NCBI RefSeq assembly: GCF_001194135.2
Contig: NC_069002.1
Location: forward strand, 37,309,394-37,373,393
Source of the DNA: Octopus bimaculoides
Taxonomy: Eukaryota
Direction of reading: 5' to 3'
DNA length: 64,000 bases
Every line of letters begins with the position of its first letter. Within the stretch, counting starts at the first letter, position 1. The notes under the pieces are model-generated. The model was not told the origin of the DNA, made no database searches, and saw only the letters and a program-made list of their open reading frames with translations. A program made the position numbers and the translations under genes. Shown here piece by piece: positions 61,178-64,000 of this stretch.

Positions 61178-63372
61178 GTACTTTTGGTGAAGCATTTAAA
61201 GAGATTTGTGTAAGGCTGGAACAACGAAAGAATCACAAGCTAAACTACAAAAGGGAAAAGAAAAAACAAATGATACAGTGATCAGATATATCTGCTGAAC
61301 ATTAGCTCACTCGCTCCCTCCCTCAAATCAGCATTGCCTGAACAGGTGCACAGTGTGCCCCACGTCAGGTATCAAAGTGATCACAGAGCAATGGGAAATG
61401 AAATATTTTGTTCAGAGACACAACGCACCGCCCAGTCTAGGAATTGAAACCAGGATGTCACAGTTGTCACTGCAACACCCTAACCATCATATATACAGGG
61501 TGTCCCAAAAATAAGGCAACCAAAGTTTCGGGCTTTAATAACTATCAATAAATGTGATAAGATATGAAAAATATACATCATTATAAAAGCTTAGTGTGTC
61601 TTCTTTTTCTTTAAGACTAAATAAACTCAGATATATAAATTAGATAATGGCTAGAGACTGAAACATAATTATAATCTTCCACAAAGGAGGTGAAAGTAAT
61701 ACAGTTTTAGCAAAAAGCTTAAGATTAACAGAACAGTCTGGAAAATTGTCAAGAAATTTCAAGAGACTGGTTCCACCAGTGATTGAACTGGACGTGAGTG
61801 AAAAAGAAGTGCGCAGACACCTCAGAGAAAACGTATGGTGATATTCTCATTATTCTGTCAGAAAACTGGCTGCCACAGCAAAAATAAGCTGACCATCAAT
61901 GCATTGAGTGCTGAAGGAGGATCTCAAGACCTACTCCTACAAGATGATCTGCCATCATGAGCTCACACAAGTTTATAAGGCCATGAGACTGGAGAGAAGT
62001 CATCTTATCTTGTGTCAGGTAGCTGAAGGCATGGGCCCAATTTGTTTTGGCAAATTGGAAAAAGTTGGTTGCCCTAATTAATTAGGTAAGGAGAGAGAGA
62101 GTTTTAATTAAAACTTTATTACAAGTTTTATTCAGTTGTTACACCCTATTCTCCCCATTCTGAAGTTCCATGCCTCCCACAAAATATCCTTCCTCACACT
62201 AGTGGAGCATATACCCCTGTTTGAGAAACACTGCAGAGTAGATGGAAACTGTATAGAAGCCCATCATACACAAGTACATCTGAGTAAATTGATGCATACA
62301 AGGGAGTTAACTATCTAGAGAGACATAACTCTGATAAACTTGGCTATTCGATAATAATAGTGGTTCATAAGATGAGCAGCAGACCAAGAACAGAGGTTAA
62401 CATAATTAATACCATTGAAGGTAGTGCCGTACATGACTTCTGTATAGAAATATTGAAACCAGTAAGAGAATAATGGAATAAAAGAATACTTACTTTAAAT
62501 GCTTGATCCATATCAAGAAATTTAGTCTCAGTTCGTTTTTGCATCAGACCCAAACAGAAAGCCACAAAGTTCAAATCATGCCTCAATGAACGAACTATTT
62601 CCCTAAATAGAGCCCTTAATGCTCTTAGGTAGTCTTCTTTATTAACCAACAGGTCCTGGAAGATTTCAGCAAGGATCTGTAGGAGAGATATGCAAAAGAC
62701 ATTAGGAACATCAGATGAGGAGGAGAGAAAAAACAAAATAGTGATATTAGTAACAAAGATAATGATTGTGATGATATTGGTGCTGATGATGGGAATTGTG
62801 GTGGTGGTGATGTTGGCTAGGATGATGCTGATGTTGATTACAGTGGTGACAGTAATGATGCTGTTGGCTATGGCAATGGTAGTGATGGTGATGGTGGTGA
62901 TCACGAAGAAGATAACAGGCAGTGGTGAGTTGGTGTCCAGCTCAGGTCAGACTTGATCAAGCAAACACATCCCATCTTTCACGGACTTTTGTTGTTCTTT
63001 TGGAAGTATTATGGCTGTCATTTAATGTAAGTATGACAGCTACTTGATTCAGGTTCAGCAAACACAGAAGCTCCTGGTGGTGATGATGATGATGATGTTA
63101 AAATCAGCCGTGACCGAGCAGACGTAGGAGTCTAAGATACTGCAACCTTATCTCACTCCGTCACCTCAGACACAGTGCAACCAGCATGGAATATAGACAT
63201 GACGATGACGACGATTATGACGATACTTACTCTAGCAGATGTTTCTGGAGAACTTTGACATATTACACCAAGTAAAGCCATGTTGTTAGGGTTACGAGCA
63301 CTGGACAACTCATTGTAGATGGTCTGGGTTAATATCATACGTAAATTTTCAGAGTTTTGGGAGAGAAGTTCT
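19334..63372 (-). CDS. INTS1: Integrator complex subunit 1, partial gene (38 coding exons in window; N-terminal exons outside)
   Basis: All introns GT-AG and phase-consistent; exon lengths sum to 5245 nt (1 + 1748 codons including stop). Matches recalled INTS1 motifs NELSSARNPNNM, WWLHTVVP, EVPVLEDTLMR, CRSRNPDFLL, SMPWLAELV, VLPVQCLCEFLLHD, DTSEEALLLPDWLKLRMIRS, DFLWACIHIP, LKSLLAGLSLP, ISEALQLL. Confidence 0.97.
20164..20319 (+). mobile_element. 5'-truncated young SINE copy with (GAT)6 tail
   Basis: Matches 164-313 with a single mismatch (GACGTTAAAC vs GACGCTAAAC) up to the tail. Confidence 0.85.
20581..20690 (-). CDS. INTS1: INTS1 exon 37 in window
   Basis: NGSQYVPVLVQCLGDDSPDIVISALRNLAEFVALCQ. 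Confidence 0.92.
21210..21700 (+). mobile_element. Degraded LINE (RTE-like) AP-endonuclease fragment
   Basis: Across frameshifts it reads like GDFNxHVG...GxRNKAG..LLEFCDVNNLLICNTNFRKPASHQMTY, an APE domain. Confidence 0.7.
22439..22530 (-). CDS. INTS1: INTS1 exon 36 in window
   Basis: ADLKRLMADLNDECRSYAYSMVMRSIRQNP. Confidence 0.9.
23031..23101 (-). CDS. INTS1: INTS1 exon 35 in window
   Basis: ILGVLQDLDEASKRKVNILDNFQ. Confidence 0.9.
23920..24134 (-). CDS. INTS1: INTS1 exon 34 in window
   Basis: VVSNYYPDLSVLKSLLAGLSLP...PFFARLSKDSPKA. Confidence 0.92.
25457..25700. repeat. Fold-back inverted repeat: 118/115-bp arms, 11-nt loop
   Basis: 25457-25574 is the reverse complement of 25586-25700 except for one extra AAC unit in the left arm; loop TCTTTTATGAC. 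Confidence 0.95.
25975..26102 (-). CDS. INTS1: INTS1 exon 33 in window
   Basis: NHGQEYKNLSSIIVKFIQFLQRFVLHEPNRAVHILQKYIELL. Confidence 0.9.
27184..27373 (-). CDS. INTS1: INTS1 exon 32 in window
   Basis: QLPLIAALLQGKTH...VLGLLEFLEPHIFRKEH...YFSLIK. Confidence 0.94.
27984..28117 (-). CDS. INTS1: INTS1 exon 31 in window
   Basis: LDHISHRLLSALG...ENRMYDANNASRKLAAEHPLLIL. Confidence 0.92.
28640..29110 (-). mobile_element. RTE-like LINE reverse transcriptase fragment
   Basis: WELLYADDLALIAES...GLKINLAKTKVL followed by a Cys-rich CSIC/CTWC/CGRC segment. Confidence 0.85.
29471..29600 (-). CDS. INTS1: INTS1 exon 30 in window
   Basis: SLSNLYQHTLLELYLQYPYLLSW...CASQ. Confidence 0.88.
30008..30264 (-). 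CDS. INTS1: INTS1 exon 29 in window
   Basis: SFTSDDVLGLRLEQICTVVDYVVQEA...EKYALS. Confidence 0.87.
30790..31190 (-). mobile_element. Degraded RTE-like LINE 3' fragment
   Basis: Resembles the LINE 3' ends at ~40235-40440 and ~56190-56700. Confidence 0.5.
31253..31340 (-). CDS. INTS1: INTS1 exon 28 in window
   Basis: HDPTSVLDFLWACIHIPKLWQGQERKGQK. Confidence 0.94.
32137..32496 (-). CDS. INTS1: INTS1 exon 27 in window
   Basis: ...LFVDWLELIDPEV...AYLLALLTHQSHWGTLHRCI...; includes a poly-Ser insertion. Confidence 0.93.
32632..32770 (-). CDS. INTS1: INTS1 exon 26 in window
   Basis: FKKLGLEKDPLFESVVECCMKNQ...MLKDNQL; phase 1-2. Confidence 0.82.
33526..33739 (-). CDS. INTS1: INTS1 exon 25 in window
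   Basis: RQLQDSLRQMMEQLWSLCK...EEDKTVS; phase 0-1. Confidence 0.82.
33750..34590 (+). mobile_element. Penelope-like retroelement, 5'-truncated: GIY-YIG endonuclease remnant plus terminal repeat
   Basis: VCLPDVKGLSEKIQKIC...YSIPCSCGRLYKGET...IRVEEH, then after a frameshift DKSGIADHVWK..HLPLWDEVKI...RKLKEAAH; typical PLE GIY-YIG C-terminus. Confidence 0.85.
34472..34512 (+). ncRNA. Hammerhead ribozyme core (probably degenerate) in the Penelope terminal region
   Basis: CTGATGA (34477-34483), A, GGCTG, 10-nt loop, CAGCC, GAAAC (34505-34509): canonical core boxes around a perfect 5-bp stem II. Stems I and III pair poorly in this copy. Confidence 0.6.
34904..34999 (-). CDS. INTS1: INTS1 exon 24 in window
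   Basis: ILNSPQQEVFVEQMLKSATKACPLLKLLIAKQ (ACPLL conserved). Confidence 0.88.
36333..36386 (-). CDS. INTS1: INTS1 exon 23 in window (54 nt)
   Basis: SLTSSNEVALNITKALSL; strong pyrimidine tract and GTAAGT donor. Confidence 0.78.
37751..37816 (-). CDS. INTS1: INTS1 exon 22 in window
   Basis: LFLSSPVNSNSLAAGQYQKILK; phase 0-0. Confidence 0.75.
39723..39838 (-). CDS. INTS1: INTS1 exon 21 in window
   Basis: DFAMDYEESKSSEWTPPPKTGQVSLSTEIKDMVTYLQQ; weak conservation, but phase fits both neighbours. Confidence 0.8.
40235..40440 (-). mobile_element. RTE-like LINE 3' fragment
   Basis: ...RNEVSMLHWMCSVSV...VLRGKLG, also seen at ~56390 (+). Confidence 0.6.
40973..41227 (-). CDS. INTS1: INTS1 exon 20 in window
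   Basis: LQDLDPAQLFLFVQSFGIPVSSMTKLL...RGAEGGHIF...TTNEE. Confidence 0.95.
41532..41693 (-). CDS. INTS1: INTS1 exon 19 in window
   Basis: GETYYEELLKIWFPEE...DTSEEALLLPDWLKLRMIRSSIERLIDA. Confidence 0.95.
42008..42119 (-). CDS. INTS1: INTS1 exon 18 in window
   Basis: SNTQDQIILQWESGDSATMLVLVVHAMIILLTYGPPK. Confidence 0.93.
43658..43822 (-). CDS. INTS1: INTS1 exon 17 in window
   Basis: EVAQLIVERTTVMSH...KYIRRAKEPDKDAYDW. Confidence 0.92.
44568..44652. repeat. (GA)n microsatellite; others at ~23387-23440 (GA), ~29669-29706 (TA), ~7697-7747 (CA)
   Basis: Seen directly. Confidence 0.95.
44687..44791 (-). CDS. INTS1: INTS1 exon 16 in window
   Basis: ACRVETDPTLVSAYVIFLDRHVKDVSLQNLDDLAF. Confidence 0.92.
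45236..45565 (-). mobile_element. RTE-like LINE reverse transcriptase N-terminal fragment
   Basis: PSGITVEMLK...YKGKGD..DRNNCRGIKFL...MQFGF..GKSTLDTIFLVRQLQ. Confidence 0.88.
46023..46205 (-). CDS. INTS1: INTS1 exon 15 in window
   Basis: GLSLVVSM...HKWLLLYLPSLPLFDSLRTQACYAIRK. Confidence 0.92.
47267..47416 (-). CDS. INTS1: INTS1 exon 14 in window
   Basis: KMKKQEQLLAKLQMLVHS...EVMDYFFKRLSSSQASSRSLAIK. Confidence 0.93.
47640..48560 (+). mobile_element. Degraded mariner transposon with right TIR
   Basis: IVRGDEMWVHHYEAESKRQSMEW...FWDSKG...; YSLDLA-SDYHIFG after frameshifts; TIR-like ATAATTTTTGACTCTCTCTCATGTA at ~48536-48560, followed by TA repeats. Confidence 0.88.
48810..48958. mobile_element. 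Tc1-type MITE (left end partly in N gap)
   Basis: TGGCCAAAAGTTTGGAACAT (48810-48829) inverted against ATGTTCCAAACTTTTGGCCA-CAACTG-TA (48931-48958). Confidence 0.75.
49116..49280 (-). CDS. INTS1: INTS1 exon 13 in window
   Basis: GTTQSMPWLAELVESNEGSLDVLPVQCLCEFLLHD...KQKKR. Confidence 0.95.
49942..50071 (-). CDS. INTS1: INTS1 exon 12 in window
   Basis: GSLRKPPSTVIEQLVTLNQNLKIGQRLCRSRNPDFLLDIIQRQ. Confidence 0.93.
51292..51416 (-). CDS. INTS1: INTS1 exon 11 in window
   Basis: LYEKEKHEILEFESHLAAATSKITITESNSLLLSQLTTMDV. Confidence 0.92.
52097..52172 (-). CDS. INTS1: INTS1 exon 10 in window
   Basis: NYKFPPPTTATEEKHIEEIKNHEKQ. Confidence 0.88.
53803..53863 (-). CDS. INTS1: INTS1 exon 9 in window
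   Basis: QTAWENYPILKCLMEMAMT. Confidence 0.9.
54292..54383 (-). CDS. INTS1: INTS1 exon 8 in window
   Basis: YTPPTLAISALYWKAWNMLLIIVAFNPSTF. Confidence 0.93.
55607..55703 (-). CDS. INTS1: INTS1 exon 7 in window
   Basis: VEVLRVTRLEFVDALMNLCAYRHPENIVLPK. Confidence 0.93.
56190..56700 (+). mobile_element. RTE-like LINE 3' fragment
   Basis: RMRTGWRKSRELL...IRPAMLHGSERWAL...RRRP...VVKANLRTLN across frameshifts. Confidence 0.75.
57847..58004 (-). CDS. INTS1: INTS1 exon 6 in window
   Basis: LMLRIASEVPVLEDTLMRVLVIGLSRELSLSSADAVELADQLIKRAAMIRLE. Confidence 0.95.
58924..59001 (-). CDS. INTS1: INTS1 exon 5 in window
   Basis: LHKVLFMESTEHYHNKDNWPLESDR. Confidence 0.9.
59240..59585 (-). mobile_element. 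Degraded RTE-like RT fragment
   Basis: Homologous to 45236-45565 (MQFGF end). Confidence 0.6.
60134..60254 (-). CDS. INTS1: INTS1 exon 4 in window
   Basis: LEILHQYQQQVTLIQRDSVWWLHTVVPSIVEMKPHEYVHC. Confidence 0.92.
60410..60860 (+). mobile_element. Degraded RTE-like RT fragment
   Basis: SPLFIIDLQAIIEEFKTRCPWEHVYADDLALIAES, then the Cys-rich tail. Confidence 0.8.
61021..61129 (-). CDS. INTS1: INTS1 exon 3 in window
   Basis: ERYVLAITDLITLTILVGITPSVREAFGNLARGDRK. Confidence 0.9.
61495..62080 (+). mobile_element. Tc1/mariner-superfamily relic: left TIR and transposase N-terminus
   Basis: TA-CAGGGTGTCCCAAAA start; degraded AKKLKINRTVWKIVKKFQETGS...VLKEDLKTYSYK HTH-like region. Confidence 0.65.
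62494..62676 (-). CDS. INTS1: INTS1 exon 2 in window
   Basis: ILAEIFQDLLVNKEDYLRALRALFREIV...DQAFK; AG/GTAAGT. Confidence 0.93.
63231..63372 (-). CDS. INTS1: INTS1 exon (1st in window)
   Basis: ELLSQNSENLRMILTQTIYNELSSARNPNNMALLGVICQSSPETSAR; AG/GTAAGT. Confidence 0.92.
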
Positions 63373-63385
63373 CTGTAATTATATC

Positions 63386-63416
<31 letters not shown>

Positions 63417-64000
63417 AATATAATTATTTCAAACATTGGCACAGTATTATGGAGTGATTACAGTCAGGCAAATTAACCCCAGTGTACTTTATCCCTTTTA
63501 CTGATTTCAACCATCAGGCTATGATTATGTTGGAACTTAAATTTCAAGGGCTTAATTGATCATATCAACCCTGCAATGATTATTTCAGTCTGGTACTTAT
63601 TTTATATTTCATTGATCTACATTCATCAAACAGCCAAGTCACATCGTTTGGTTCAACAATAACTTTATATCAATAAAAACAGAGACAAACACACACACAA
63701 GAAACCTCTACACAAATATTACCCATTTCAGAATTAGAATCCTAATTATGCAATGTCAATGTATGGTATAATGTACACCACAAAATCACCATGAACCAAA
63801 AACCCCTAAAAAGGTTTAACTCTAAAGAACTATCAATGACTTGTAGGTATATGGTATTTCGTTATGCAACTACAATATACTATAAAGTATATTAAATGTT
63901 TTTTATGAGTCAACACCACATCCTGCTGTTTTAGCAGTGCACTTTACATTATTTTGTTAAGGTTATTTCTACAGATATAAATTATAGCCAGCACTGATTT

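Noticed and set aside
62690-62956. Hydrophobic 88-aa ORF resembling a membrane peptide
   Set aside because: Derived from a degenerate (GAT/GGT)n tract in an INTS1 intron.
19450-63230. Possible U12-type or non-canonical introns in INTS1
   Set aside because: All 37 inferred introns are GT-AG and none has the GTATCCT U12 donor.

Overview
Eukaryotic animal genomic DNA, AT-rich, with several N gaps. The SINE, RTE and Penelope repeats and the (TG)n/(GAT)n microsatellites point to a coleoid cephalopod, probably Octopus (inference). Two protein-coding loci are clear. (1) An intact, intronless importin-7/8-family ORF (1652-4753, +, 1033 aa) that looks like a diverged retrogene. (2) The 3' part of Integrator complex subunit 1 (INTS1) on the minus strand, rebuilt by hand as 38 GT-AG, phase-consistent exons (63372 to 19334; 1747 aa plus stop); its 5' exons lie beyond the window. 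Between these convergent genes is an ~8.4 kb 24-bp minisatellite whose first ~0.7 kb is inverted, forming a fold-back palindrome centred at 9097/9098, with higher-order repeats further along. INTS1 introns hold a near-perfect 115-bp-stem hairpin, a Penelope-like element with a tRNA-like/Pol III box pair and a hammerhead-ribozyme core, mariner/Tc1 relics, RTE LINE fragments and many SINEs. Three phase-compatible orphan exons on the minus strand flank the satellite. No database search was possible; protein identities come from recalled family sequences.
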